DNA of 64,000 nt from Octopus vulgaris. Lineage: Eukaryota. The position numbers were made by a program, and so were the translations under genes. Location of the stretch: positions 53,010,001 through 53,074,000 of the forward strand of contig OX597825.1 of assembly GCA_951406725.2 (NCBI GenBank), written 5' to 3'. The notes beneath the pieces are model-generated. The model worked only from the letters and a program-made list of their open reading frames with translations. It made no database searches and had not been told where the DNA came from. Shown here in pieces: positions 27,476-41,587 of the stretch (position 1 is the stretch's first letter; each line of letters starts with the position of its first letter).

Positions 27476-27513
27476 CAGTTCTATGTTTCACGCTTCCGTT
27501 CTTCAGGCAACTG
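27476..27513 (-). ncRNA. Minimal type-I hammerhead motif (canonical core, probable CpG decay in stem III)
   Basis: Minus strand CAGTTGC-CTGAAGA-ACG gaag CGT-GAAA-CA-TA-GAACTG; stem I with one bulge. Confidence 0.6.
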
Positions 27514-28602
27514 TGAATTAGGATTGGTTTGTATTCTGTTTATAGCAATAAGCATTTAAAGAAAAACATAAGCAATAAAAAAATTGCACTGTGATTAAGA
27601 ATTCAAGAAAGGAGATTGACAGCTTGGTGCGAAAAAATTGGAGAAAATGTGAAATATAACAGAATTAAAATAAGTACACTGTTATAAATAATATCAGTTA
27701 TAAAGAGTAATGTTGAAAATGAAACCAGAAGTAAAGGAAACTGTAATTGGATGTCCTGGCTAAAAAAACACCTATAAACAATGTAAACCTGTAGTTTTTA
27801 CACTGCTACGGTAGAAAACATAAAACAGTTCTTTGTCCTAAAACAATTCACGAAAATTGATTAGATTAATTTACATCTTATTCTAGTGTTGGTTGAAAGA
27901 ATGAATGTTGGCATAATAATAATAAAATGTGTTTTCTACAGAAGATCAAACAAAACAGAATTGGCACCTAACAAACGACAATACATAATGCAAAGATACA
28001 TACAAAAATAAAATACAAATATTAAATTTCATAGAAATATTTTGACCACACTTCGACCACATGCAACACACGAATACGGAAACATAAACATTTAAATAAA
28101 AATATTGAAAATAACAGATACACTACATATATAGAACGATACAAAATACAGTCAAAGAAAAAGGCATACCAAATTATGGAAATATAAGCGAATATACGAA
28201 CTATGAATTGCATAATAATACACAGAAATTTACAATAATACAATAGAAAAAACACGTACAAATTTACAAAAATAGAATCCCCCCACCCAAAGAATGCTTC
28301 ATGTGTTCACCATACAACATGCTTTCGACACTGTCGCTATTTTAATTAATCAAGCTATCAGTCTTTATCTCACCAGGCCTTTTGATCAGGAGTCATCATT
28401 TAGATACTATTTTACTTATGTCACTAAATATGAAAATCTGTTTGATTAACATTATGGTCTAATTTAACGCAATTCGTTTTTAATAAACCTAGAGATACTT
28501 GAAGATAGTAAGTGTTCGTTGCTTTATACACACACACACACAATTATATATATTATATATATGTTAATATATGTTATATATATGTTATATATATATGTTA
28601 TA

Positions 28603-28702
<100 letters not shown>

Positions 28703-29056
28703 AGACGTTTTCGTCGACTAACGTAAGGAAATATGCTATAGATGTATTGTGGGTACTCAGATTGATATATTACTAAATTCTAGCTTGAACTGAAAGCAAA
28801 GATATGGTGCCAAGACTGACTACCAGAAGCGGCTAACAGTGCTTCCTCATTCAGCTGGTTAAAAGAGGATATAATAAAACATCAAAACGCAAATTATTTG
28901 TCATCACTCACAAAAATAAATATATAAATAGAAACATTAAATTTAGATGGAGAATATAAACAGGGATATCTTTTATGTTCCCTATCTAAATTAAATGTTG
29001 TTCCTGAGTGGTACCAAATACTTTGCTTTTTATCTTCTCCTTTTTCCCGTCCCTCT

Positions 29057-29170
<114 letters not shown>

Positions 29171-29264
29171 TTGTATGTATGTATGTATGGAAACACTTGT
29201 AGCGATCATTAAAAAGCTGCCTAACCGTACTTAATCTTCCTTTTGACTCTTTTAGTCTTTACTT

Positions 29265-29316
<52 letters not shown>

Positions 29317-29318
<2 letters not shown>

Positions 29319-29952
29319 GTGGTTGGACAAAATAATGGAAACACCGGCCATCATAGCATCTTAATTTTGAAATATCTATAAAACCATCAACAGCTTGGTT
29401 ATTTTTATGTTTTTTTTATTATAAGTGTTGCATAATGTTTTGCTAAAATTGCTGTTTCTTTTGAGATATCACCAGAAAAAGGTAATTAAAATTCATTAAA
29501 ATGACAGATCTATCGGACTTTCCAAGTGGTCAAATTGGTGGGCTCGTATGGCAGGCGCTAGCGTAACGAAAACAGGTGAAATGTTTGGTGTATCAAGAAG
29601 TACTGTCTCGAAAGTAATGACAGCCTTTGAGAAAGAGGGAAAAACCTCCTCGTCGAAATGAAACTCCGGAAGAAAACCAAAATTTCAACCAAGGACCGTC
29701 GGAATCTTACCCGAATTGTTAGAAAGGATCACAGAAGTACAGCTCCCCAAATTACTGCAGAGCTTAATGACCACCTCGAGAACCCAGTTTCCACAAAAGC
29801 TGTTCGGCGGGAGCTGCATAGACCAGATTTCACGGGAGGGCTGTAATCAGAAAACCACTACTTTCAAAATAAACGATGCAAAACATTTAGAGTGGAGTAA
29901 AAAGCTACAGAAATGGACACTAGAGCAGTGGAAGAATGTTATTTTCACGGAG
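29317..29952 (+). mobile_element. Tc1-like transposon 5' half (TIR plus decayed transposase N-terminus)
   Basis: Starts CAGTGGTTGGACAAAATAATGGAAACACC; ATG at 29501 gives MTDLSDF..GQI.., MAGASVTKTGEMFGVSRSTVSKVM, DRRNLTRIVRKDHRSTAPQITAEL, WTLEQWKNVIFTE. Confidence 0.88.
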
Positions 29953-30400
29953 GAAACAATGCAATTGCTATTGCAGTGCTTTGGAGAGAGAATAATCTCC
30001 CGCTACAGCAACGTCAACTGGCCTTGACGTTCCCCAAATTTGACTAGCCCGGATTTTTTTCTTCTGGAGATAGCTGAAAGAGAGTGTTTAACGTCAACAA
30101 ACCGAAGACCCTTCGTCAACTGAATGAGAACATCAATAAAGTAATCAGAGAAGTGGGGTCTGAAACTCTTCAGGGTGTTATGGTACCGGTTTTGGAAAGA
30201 GCACGCGCGTGCGAAGCCGAAAATGGCTGTAATGTAAGCGATGTCATTTTCATAAATTTTATAGCGATTGTTCAAAATTTGTCATGTGCATATTAATTTG
30301 CATTATGTCCTTCATATTGTGTCAAACTTTCATGTATTCATAAGTTAAGGATGTTATTAAAAACTGAAACCCATCAGTGACTTTCAGTACAAACTGTTTA
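29953..30400 (+). mobile_element. rosa/maT-like (Tc1/mariner superfamily) transposase 3' fragment
   Basis: ETMQLLLQCFGERIISRYSNVNWP*RSPNLTSPDFF.W..LKE.V..NKPKTLRQL...RARACEAENG (WPPRSPDLTPCDFFLWG motif). Confidence 0.8.
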
Positions 30401-30438
30401 TACATGTATATATATATATATATAAATATTAAGATATA

Positions 30439-30775
30439 ATGAGATAAAAAACCTAGGCTGTGTAGATTTTAGAAAATTTATAGATAGGTCTTACAGGTGT
30501 TTCTAGGATATTTATTATATCCCTTCATCGGAGACGGTGTGCTCTCACACCGTCTCCGATGAAGGGATATAATAAATATCCTAAAAACAGCTGTAAGACC
30601 TATCTATAAATGTTCTAAAATCAACACAGCCTTGGTTGTTTTTTATCTCATAAAAATGATTATCGCATAATCACCAAACCTGGGACTTAACTATGGACTA
30701 TCTACAGCACTTACTCATCATTACCCGACACATTTGGGTCTCAATGACACAATTATCTCTCATAACCTTTTTCTC
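30439..30775. mobile_element. Palindromic Penelope-like insertion with two outward-facing hammerheads (30488-30535 minus, 30552-30599 plus)
   Basis: ~103-bp arms 30439-30541 / 30546-30651 with a 4-nt loop; consensus GTCT-CCGATGA-A-GGGATAT aataa ATATCCT-A-GAAA-CAGCTG-TA-AGAC; ~120-nt extension on the right only; TA-rich flanks. Confidence 0.8.
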
Positions 30776-31466
30776 TCACTCTCTCTTTCTCTCTCAATAT
30801 ATATATATATATCAAAATGAGGGTGAAAACTGTATATTAATTTAATAATATCAGTTTAACACCAATGGTTTAGCGCATAAAAAACTGAGGTTCAGTAAAT
30901 ATTATTAATACATATATGAGAGGCCACTGAGAACAACTTTTAGTGGCTAGCGTAAGGGAGTTCACTTTTAGTGGATTCCCTCTCATATATGTATATATAT
31001 ATATATTCATACATGCATATATATATATATATGTATGTATGTATGTATGTATATAGATATCAGAGTGTAGTGTACTAGTGAGATATCGAGATCATGACAT
31101 CCATAAGGCAGCTGATGATTGACGCATACCTTTGATGTGCGTGTGGACAGTGAACATTTAGAAACTTTTGTTGCCGTGGTTGAAAGTTGTCCTTTATTGA
31201 AATTCTATCTCTCGAACGGTTAAATCCGTTTGGAATTCTTGGTTTGTTGCTTTATGATAAGTTTTCTTGCATATATTATTCCATTCATTTATATTCCGTT
31301 ATTGTCCTTCACAGGGATTCAAAATTTGGTGAGATAACAATTGCTTTGGGGGTTCCAAGATGAGAGCTTCGTTGCATATAATTATAATATATTGATATAT
31401 ATATATATATACGCACACACACACATACACACAGAGGCACATACACATATTTATATCTATATATAT

Positions 31467-31498
<32 letters not shown>

Positions 31499-31503
31499 TT
31501 CAG

Positions 31504-31569
<66 letters not shown>

Positions 31570-32488
31570 AGAAACACACTCAAACACGTGCATATATGGT
31601 CGCTATTGGGGATATTTACAGAAACCTCCGATATAATGTGTGGTTTTTAAAACAACCACATCAATATGAGACATTTTCTCCGGTCAAATACCGTAGAAAA
31701 TGTGCCTATCACAATGTACTTATATAAAGCATAATACACAGACGGCTATTTTTAATCTAAAGCTGTTTTTGTTGTGTATATAACAGACCCTTTTTTCAGC
31801 TGGGTGGCTATTCACTACACGAATATTTGATTATTCACTATTTACCTATATATCACTGGCGACAAATGAAGTTCAGCCATACTGGCTTTCAGTATACGCT
31901 ACTGCAAACGCCCAACGGTGCAGAAATGCATCTACCCTCCTTACCGGTGGTAATTTGGACAATTTTCATCAACAAACTTTTATATTTAATGTATTTATAC
32001 ATAGGACTGTCATAAAATTATTATCTCAGGTCCGTATTCAATTTGAATATTGTTATGCAATTACATTAAATATAATACCTAAATGGTTATATACAGATGA
32101 AATGTGTATGCATGAATGTATACATATACACAAATATATGTGTATGAGTGGCTGTGTGAATATGCATACATACATGAATATTTATATACATTTGTATCAC
32201 AAGAGCGCGCAAGTGTGTGTATGTGTGCTTGTGCGCGTTTATTCAAATAATAATGTTCCCTTAGTTGCTATGTTACTTTATTTTTCCGAGTGTCTGAACA
32301 AGAAATTCACCTTTACAATGGCGAGTAACGTCAGCTTCGAAAAAATACAATGAATACTTTTTTCTTTTGTTTATAAACTAAAGGAAAATTTCTATGAACA
32401 CAAGTACCCAAATATTTCTCCTACTTTCATATACATACTTATATACATACACACACACACACACACACAAACACACGCACAGACATTT

Positions 32489-32538
<50 letters not shown>

Positions 32539-33028
32539 TATGCATATATATATACATACATACATATATATGTATACACATACATACATATATATACATA
32601 CACACATACAGACCGATACTATATACGACATGTACGCATACATATGTATTTATCTATACACAAATATGTACGAAGACATATATTCGTTGAAATATATGTA
32701 TATACATATACATGCACACACAAACATACATAAATGAGCTGACACACATACACAAACACACAAATACTCTAACTCAGAGCAGCTGATGCACTGCATAAAC
32801 AATAGTAAAATACGACAAATGTTCAATAACCCATCTTCTGGATCTAGCGAACATACGCATCTAAATACCAACAAAGTAGATGTTGAACGAAAAAACCCCA
32901 CCAATTATGGCCAAATTGTAATAGAAATGCTTATGATACAGCTAACACGGTAACAACGACGGAAAAGGGAAAATTAAATATAATAAATGCTCATGCAGAG
33001 AAAAATCAAAATACTCATGATAAAACAC

Positions 33029-33200
33029 TGTATGAGTACAAATCTTGTATATAGTAATGTACCGTGCACTCAAGGGGAGCCCCGTATGTTTACATTGGGA
33101 AGGCTGCTGATTCATTGAAGAATCGTTATTGTAACCATGTCGCATGTTTCGAGACAGTCAATAAGAGACAACGACATTCAATCGGCATTTGATTAACTTT
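33029..33200 (+). pseudogene. GIY-YIG endonuclease remnant of a Penelope-like element
   Basis: CMSTNLVY, one frameshift, then PYVYIGKAADSLKNRYCNHVACFE; fits the (G/N)xVY...YIG...LKxRYxNH pattern. Confidence 0.55.
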
Positions 33201-33697
33201 GGACGCGTTTCAGTTAGATTGATATGAAAAATGCAAACATCACATTTCCATTCGATCATTCTCCTCTTCAGCACGGCATTTCAAGATTTTAAATTTGAGA
33301 GCACTGAAAAATTGAACACACCTATCCGATTCAAGAACCATCAGACCAACTATATCCGATGACCAATACCAACGAATTCAAAACATACGAATGAGGTCTC
33401 GTATACTCCCTCACCCACGTTGTTTTTCCTCTCTGCCTACGTGAATTATTTCGAGTATATGTTGTCTATGAGTTTCTTATTATAGTAGAAGAAATAGCTA
33501 GGTTCGTTGGCTGCTATTTCTAAAGTTCGGTATGTGGTGAAGCAAATATATTTTGCTGAATCCTAATTATAATTATACTCATAATTATACAAAATATTGT
33601 TTAAGTTTACCGAAAATGATCCTTTCAACATGCCGAATACTACTTGGTGGAATTATTAATTATTAATTAATTAATTAATTTTACCCTTTATTATTAT

Positions 33698-33808
<111 letters not shown>

Positions 33809-33906
33809 CGTACATATATAGATAGATATAGGTATATATATATATATATGTATATATATATACATATATATATGATTATATTTATATATGTATATTACAT
33901 ATATAT

Positions 33907-33949
<43 letters not shown>

Positions 33950-34201
33950 CGTAAGTATGTATGTATAAGTTTTAATCTTGCAAACATGAACTGAGCAGCA
34001 AATATTTTTCTCACACCGTGAGCTGCATCGACCTTCCTGTTAGGTAGCAGATATGTATTATCAGCAAAGAATGGGAATAGGAAAAAAATTATTCTTAAAT
34101 CTCAGGAATAAATATTTAGGAAATTCGAAAGATGTCTTCTGTTACATTATACTATTTCAACAAGAATTCTGACGATAATTTCAAGAAGATATATACATCC
34201 A

Positions 34202-34310
<109 letters not shown>

Positions 34311-34774
34311 ATATGTATATGTATGTATAAATCACAACATTTACTACAAGAAGTGAGGTAAACATCAGAAGAAATATATTTATATTTAAACAAGTCTGAA
34401 GTTACATAAGAATATTCAATTAAAATTTTGTATAATTGAATATTTTATAAAGTTCCACTACTATTTCGTAGAACAGTTACGTATTTCTAATCTATAGAAC
34501 TTCATGTTATAACTAGGCTCAACTTTTTCAATTCAACGCACCAACTTCTGGTTTTAGATATGGTGAAATTGGCAGCATAATTTCTGCTCTGGAAATAAAG
34601 CAGGTGTAGAACAAACCAACTTGTATTCCTACAACCTCTTTGATGTATTCCATCATTAACGAAATTTACTTTGAAAAATACCATTTCCGTAGATGTATCT
34701 TTAGCAACGACTAAAATATTCTTTAGATCAAGGCAAATATATTATTATTAGTAAAACTACCATTATTATTATTA

Positions 34775-34850
<76 letters not shown>

Positions 34851-35524
34851 CATTATTATTATTATTATTATTATTACTTTATTTTTTAAGTTTTTGTTTG
34901 CTTTTAAACTTCTCTGTATCATTTAACACATTTTTCCAAAAAAAAAGAAAGAAATGTTTTGACAAAGTTGTCTATTTATTTATTTATTTATTTATCTAAA
35001 TACAAACATAAAAATAAACAGTTATTAAATAAGATAAAATAAAATAAAATGAGATGAAGCAAAATAAATAACAAGTTGGAATTGGTAATTACACTCATTA
35101 TTAAAACTATTCCTGTGTAACCATCTATCGCTTACCAAAACTGGTTCTCGTTGTCAATAATAAAGATATAGAGATGTAAGAAACGGCAGCAATATTGGTG
35201 TAGAAATATAAATATAAATGTAAATAAAGATTTTGAGATAAATAAATATTGAATAAAGAAGAAACTTCCGTTGGTGGCCAGATCTGGGTGGAGTGTGGTA
35301 AGTGGATGGGTGGGTGGAAGAGAAATTAGGAGAGATGGAGGTGGTGTGTGGGTTTGTGTGGAGTGCTTGTGTTGGTATAGTGGAGTATGGTGTGGTGTAT
35401 CAATGAGAGTTGGTGTAGTGTAATTTCGCGGTGTGTATATTAAAGTCATGAAGTAGTTTATGTCTGAAGTAACTACACGCAGACACAAACACACACACAC
35501 ATATATGTACACACACATATATGT

Positions 35525-35585
<61 letters not shown>

Positions 35586-36117
35586 TACATACGCACACAC
35601 ACATATATATATATATGCATATACATATATATGTATACATAGACACGCATATAAACATATCTATATGAATGCACATACTTATATACACACGTATACATAG
35701 ACATGATACATATATATATATATGTTTGTGCGTGCGTGTGTATGTATCAGTGTCTGTACTCGTATATTGCTGTGTTTCAGGGTAAATTCTAAGAAGTAGT
35801 TTAGAGTCTTTATTAATGGACTATATATAATATCATGTCCGGTGGTACAACTCCCACCAGCACAACCACCAAAACCAACACCACCTTGAAACAATAACAC
35901 CACCAAAAACTTCAAACTCAACACACCACCAATATCACCCGTGCCACCATCATCCTTACCATTATCATCAATGGCAACATCATCCTTATTATTATCAATA
36001 TAGGCACCACTATCAAAGCTACCAGTACCAATACCACCACTTTCACCGCCAACACCAACACTACCATTACAACTACTAATACTACTACAACTACTGCTGC
36101 TGCTGCTGCTGCTGCTT

Positions 36118-36170
<53 letters not shown>

Positions 36171-37094
36171 GCTGCTACTGCTACTGCTACTGCTGCCTCT
36201 GCTGCTGTTGCTTCTACTTCTACGAAAATCCTTTACTACTGTCATGACGATCATTGATTCTACTAACCTTACACTTATTTAAATGACCACCACTATTACT
36301 ACAGCTACACCTATCACAGCCACCACCATATCAACATCATCCTGTCAATGACGACAACGACGATCTCTGTCACCACTGCGCCCACACGCATTCCACCTGC
36401 CAGCAACCATCACCGCTTTCACTGCCTCTTCTACCTCACACACAGACAAAAGCGCTAACACCATTTACGGCAGTATCAACATTATCGCAAGCATTACCAC
36501 CACTACCTACACCAACACCACTACGACAAGCACCATCAAATACTACAACAACTTACAGTACACCCATCACTATTACTACTTTACCTCTACCAAATACACC
36601 ATCACTACACTACCGCCACCACCACCACCACCACAACCATCACTACTACTATTATTCCTACCACCACAGCTACTAACACCACTACCAACATTAGCATGAG
36701 CACAGCCACTTGCACCACTATTCCTACCACCTCCATCATCGACCCCAACTCTACTATTTGTAGGTAACCCCACACTTACAATACAAACACGTGTTCGATC
36801 ATCCACGAAATGTCGCACAGAATGCTCTGAATCTTATATTGGTCCCAAGTGAAAGCTAGAGAGCTAGGGAGAGCAGAACTGAATGTAGCGATGATAAGAA
36901 ATACTCTCCAGTTTTTATTGGTTTGCTTTAACACATACTGAAGCGCTGGCAAACACACAACATCACTTTAGTATTTAATATTTCATTACTCATTTCAGGA
37001 TGAACGGGAGATAATTTCAATTAATTTTTATTATTATCAAGCGTCTTCAGAAATGCATAGACAATTTAGAGCCATGTGAACTATGTAATTTTTA

Positions 37095-37320
37095 TAATTT
37101 AGGCACAATGCCAGCCATTTTGGGGGAGAGGGTAAATCGATTACATCGCCTCCAGTGTTTAACTGGTACTTATATCAACCCAAACGGATGGAGGGCAAAT
37201 TCTACCTCGGCAGAGTTTGAACTCGGTCGTCTTAGGCGGAATTTGAAGTCAGAATGTAACGACAGAGTAAATGCCACTAAGCGTTTTGCCTGGCGTGCTA
37301 ATGATTCTGCTAGCTCACTT
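37095..37320 (-). mobile_element. Nin-domain SINE with short internal duplication
   Basis: CTGGTACTTATATCAACCC..GGCAAA..CCTCGGCAGAGTTTGAACTC..GGCGGAATTTGAAGTCAGAA..GGCGTGCTAATGATTCTGC. Confidence 0.8.
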
Positions 37321-38558
37321 CTCTATTTCGATATAATATCTTGTGTCTGGAATATACTGTAGCATTGTTGTCAGGATGGAAACTATTGAGCTTTTAGCTT
37401 TTTTTTTTACAGTTTAAGACAGTGAAAAGCAGTACTCAAGCCCCTCCATATTTTCAGGACCTTTGAGACACGGGTAATAGAAGGAAGTTACCAGCGAACC
37501 GCAGATCTGGAGAAAATATTTACAACAGTGGACTCTACGAAACGCCCAACGTCCAGCCTGTGGAAATAATCAAGTTGACAGATTAGGAATTCCACCCATG
37601 ATTACAGAACGCAAAGGGTCCGAATGTGTCTGGTATTCCATTCACCCACCGTCCTGAACTTTATTTTACCGACACCGAAATGATGAAAGGTAAAGATGGT
37701 TAATGTTTTACTTAAAAAGTCTAGGTTCCTGCTTTCTCTTTGAAGATGAAGAAGCTGGCAAAACTCCATCAATATTTTATTTGTGTTTAGAAGGTGTATA
37801 TATATATGTAAGGGTGTGTATGTCTGTGTGTGTGTCTATAAAGGCGTATGTGTCATTATGTATGTACTCATGAAAGAGATGTAAGGTGGATAATATTTGC
37901 ACTGAGAAGTTTCCTGCACAAGTCGTTACATTAAAACCCATCAGTCCAGCACTCAACCACCGTCACACAACAACAGTTATATTCATACAAACACTTTAAA
38001 AACCCACTAAAATTATAATGGCTTCCATGACTTCATTTCTCTCCTTCCACAACAACAACAAGAAAACCAAACAAATGAACAACAACAACAATAACAATGT
38101 GAGGATGGTTGGTTTAATTTTGCCATATCAGCCAATCATTTTCAAGATTGTTATTACAAGTTAAGGTAGAAAGCCAAGCTTATTAAGTCAGAAGGCCTCA
38201 CACTGATTGACGAGTTACTTGGCTTACTTCCAAACACTAAAACCAACGGCACATTCCAAATTGTTTGTCAAATCCATTCATTCTAGTGGATTGTTTCCTT
38301 CTAAAGTCTCAGATATGTTCTACAAATGTTTGGTAACAAATTCAGTGACGAGGAAAGCGTGTGAGATAAAAGTTGAAGCCATGATTGAGACTGTAACTTT
38401 ACAGAATGTATTTACGACAGGTTCAAGGAATTACATTCGTAATTCGGAGGATACACGTTGGAGGTACAATATATGTGTGTGTATATGTATATATATATAT
38501 ATGTATATATATATATGTATATGTATATGTATATGTATATATGTACATATATACATAC

Positions 38559-38604
<46 letters not shown>

Positions 38605-38716
38605 GCATATATGTAAATATACATGTATAGATATATGCATGTATATGTGTATATATATCTGTGCGTGTATACGTGTGTATGTATGTAATATATATATAGT
38701 ATATACACACACACAC

Positions 38717-38753
<37 letters not shown>

Positions 38754-39779
38754 ACACACGCACACACACACACATACACACACATATATATATATATATG
38801 TATATTCCCTAAGACTACAAATGTTGTTATGAATATCAATAGTTGAAACTGTTGTTCTTCAGCTCCAGTTTAGTCTGTATCCAACCGACTAGATAAAAGA
38901 CCTTCCAGCACTTGCCACTTCCATCTGTAGCCAAATATTGTGCATTTGAAACACATCTACACTATTCCCAATATGCCTTACCTTTGCTTAAAACATTAAC
39001 ATGTGATTTGAAGAAGATTCAGCTGCCATTTTCCAGAAGATGAGAAGACAGGTCAAGTGACCTTAATTTTTGTTATTGTCGTTATCATTAACTCAAGAAA
39101 ACTATAATCGAGGAGAGTGTGCCTTCTCAGATCTCATTTGCCGGCATGGTTATTCCTGGAAGAGCATGGCGTGTTTTGATGGGAAGTTGGCTGTTATTTT
39201 TGGCTGGTCAAACTGTCAATTACAGTCTGTCTTTTATTATGCTGCTAGTGAAGACAACGTCATCAAAAAAATGGTAGTGGTGGTAGTTGTGGTTGTAGAG
39301 CATAAATGTTTCTGTCTTTCAGAGTTTAAATTCCATTAATGTTAATTGTTTTCCGAGATTTACAAGTACCAGTTACTACAAAGCAAATTAAATATCTACA
39401 TACATTAAAAAAAAAAATTGAAACATTACTTATAATAACCAAATATACGTAGAACTAACAATGTACTCTCTAAAGAGATGACTTATCTGCTAGAGATAGC
39501 AGCCAACACTCACATTGTGACATCTTGAATAGGTAACTGACACAGAAAAGAATGTAGTTATAGCTTTGTTAGTAAAATATGACTGCTTGATTAGGATTCA
39601 GATGTAGGCTAAATAGCAAAAAGAACTAAACATACATTCACACATATCCACATATTTATGTACATATGTATGTGTGGATGTATACACACTCACGCGTCGC
39701 ACACACACTCACACACACACACACACTCGTCCCCCCCACACACACACACAGACACACATGCACACGCAGCCCCTGAATA

Positions 39780-39950
39780 TATTGGCTTGAAATTTTGGCA
39801 TAAGGCCAGTAATATCTGAGGGGTGTGTAAGTCGATTACATCGAACCTAATGCTCAACCGCTACTTTTTTTTTTATCGACCGACACCGAAATGATGAAAG
39901 GCAAACTGAGAACGTAAAGAGGGACAAAATGCTGCTAACCATTTCGCTCT
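39780..39950 (-). mobile_element. Decayed Nin-domain SINE
   Basis: AAATTTTGGCATAAGGCCAG..GTCGATTACATCG..TTTTATCGACC..ATGAAAGGCAAA. Confidence 0.7.
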
Positions 39951-40809
39951 TTATTAGTGAAATGAGACTTAATGAAAGCGTTTAATCAAGGAAAAGAAAC
40001 TGAACTCTTGTGTTAGATTTTGGTGAAAGTTTCTACTGTAATATGTTTTTCAAGTTATGCATAGTTAACGAAGAAAGAATAAATGAAATTAGAGAATAAT
40101 CATCCAAAATCACTTGGTGATAAAATGTGAGTTTATTGAGTGAATTATAAAAGCGAAGTTAGGGAAATTATCTTTAATTTGGGGTCAGAAACTATTCTGA
40201 TTCTTTGGACTGAAGCCAGGAAACTTATGCAAATGTGAGAAAAATAGAAAGATTTCTTCCTAATATTTCTGCCTTATTTGACATTATACGTCAAGGCAAG
40301 GTGAAAATTATCATATATTTTGCGTTAACGATTTTTTCTCTGTTACTGTTGATATATATCGTTAGTCTAACGTTTAATACTTTACATAACGCCGGAACTT
40401 CGCTATCCTTTGTTAAATACAAATACATGCTACATTAAGCAGACGTTAACAAATCATTTTAATGTATTAAGTGTAACTGACCTATGATGGTTATAAAGGT
40501 AAACGTTACAGGTGCTAAACCTCGGTAGAACAGTTAGTGCAACAAAATCAGTCACTACAGCTATCGCTCTTGTGTATTAACCAAGTTCACCGTGACAACC
40601 GCCGCTGTGGTCATCATCAGAGTCTACTGTAATCACTACCAGGAATTCAGAAGTAGACTAGACGGTGGCCACATATCTCCTGAACAACTATATTTGGAGT
40701 TAATCGTGGGAGACGATTGGCAAGATGATGTGACATACAAACATGCACAAGACAGATTATTAGTGAAGTGTTTACAACATACTATGGTTATTCAAAGTAA
40801 GTGTTTACT

Positions 40810-41130
40810 AGGAGACATTAAGATTTTTATAATCCGTCCAGCACAGAATTGCATAAAGGCGATATAAGTACCAGTTGAGGATTAGGGTCGAAGTAATCAA
40901 CTAGCAGCCTCCCAAGAATTGCATGTCATGTCGCTATAACAGAAAAGATTATTATTGTTGTTGATGCAAGACCGCAAGAAGGCAGAATCGTTCAGAGTCC
41001 ACATTGCAGGTCGACTGTGCTTTCTATGATTTCAGGGACGAAGCAATGAATACAAAGTGGTGGATGGTATCAACTACCCTTCCCCTAAAAAATTTTAACA
41101 CTTGTGTGCTAAAAGTAGAAAGAATTATTG
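40810..41130 (+). mobile_element. Two decayed Nin-domain SINE fragments
   Basis: GATATAAGTACCAGTTGAG..GGGTCGAAGTAATCAACT; GGCAGAATCGTT..GGTCGACTGTGCTTTC..GTAGAAAGAATTATT. Confidence 0.55.
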
Positions 41131-41339
41131 TTACTGTTTAAAGAGTGGGTCCACTAAAACCGTTTTCCTTGATTTAAGAACGCCAAGAATTAACAAAGAT
41201 ATTTATTTTCCGTGTACACTTTATTAGCAGAGAAAATTGCATGAGTGCTATTAAAATTGGTGAGGATGAAGTGTGGTATGAGCAACAGACAATAAGCAAA
41301 GAAGAATAAAATGGGATTGAAGGAAAAACGAAAAGAGAA

Positions 41340-41500
41340 TTTACTAGTTTCAGTCATAAGACTGTGGTCATGCGGGTGCAACACTTCGAAGGGATTATTG
41401 TTTAACAGATCACCCCAGTATTTATATTTCAATTTGGCACACACACTATTGGTTCTTTTGACGAACCTCTAGTTATGGGCAACCTAAAGAAACCAACAGC
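41340..41500 (-). mobile_element. 3' part of the CORE-type SINE seen at 47345-47812
   Basis: TTTACTAGTTTCAGTCAT..GACTGTGGTCATG..ACCCCAGTATTTAT, homologous to 47350-47500. Confidence 0.6.
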
Positions 41501-41587
41501 GGTCATCAGGATAAGCACATAGACAGATCTCCTGCTGTGGCTGTGTAGTCCTATCCTGGACAAACACTCCTTCTGGCACGTCACGCA

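Noticed and set aside
35679-36818. Ser/Gly/Thr-rich ORFs resembling mucin or glycine-rich proteins
   Set aside because: Degenerate (ACC/ACT)n cryptic simple repeat with stops in the candidate frames; no exon boundaries supported.
37450-37480. TTTTCAG...GTAATA possible micro-exon
   Set aside because: Such sites occur by chance in AT-rich DNA, and there is no partner exon or homology.
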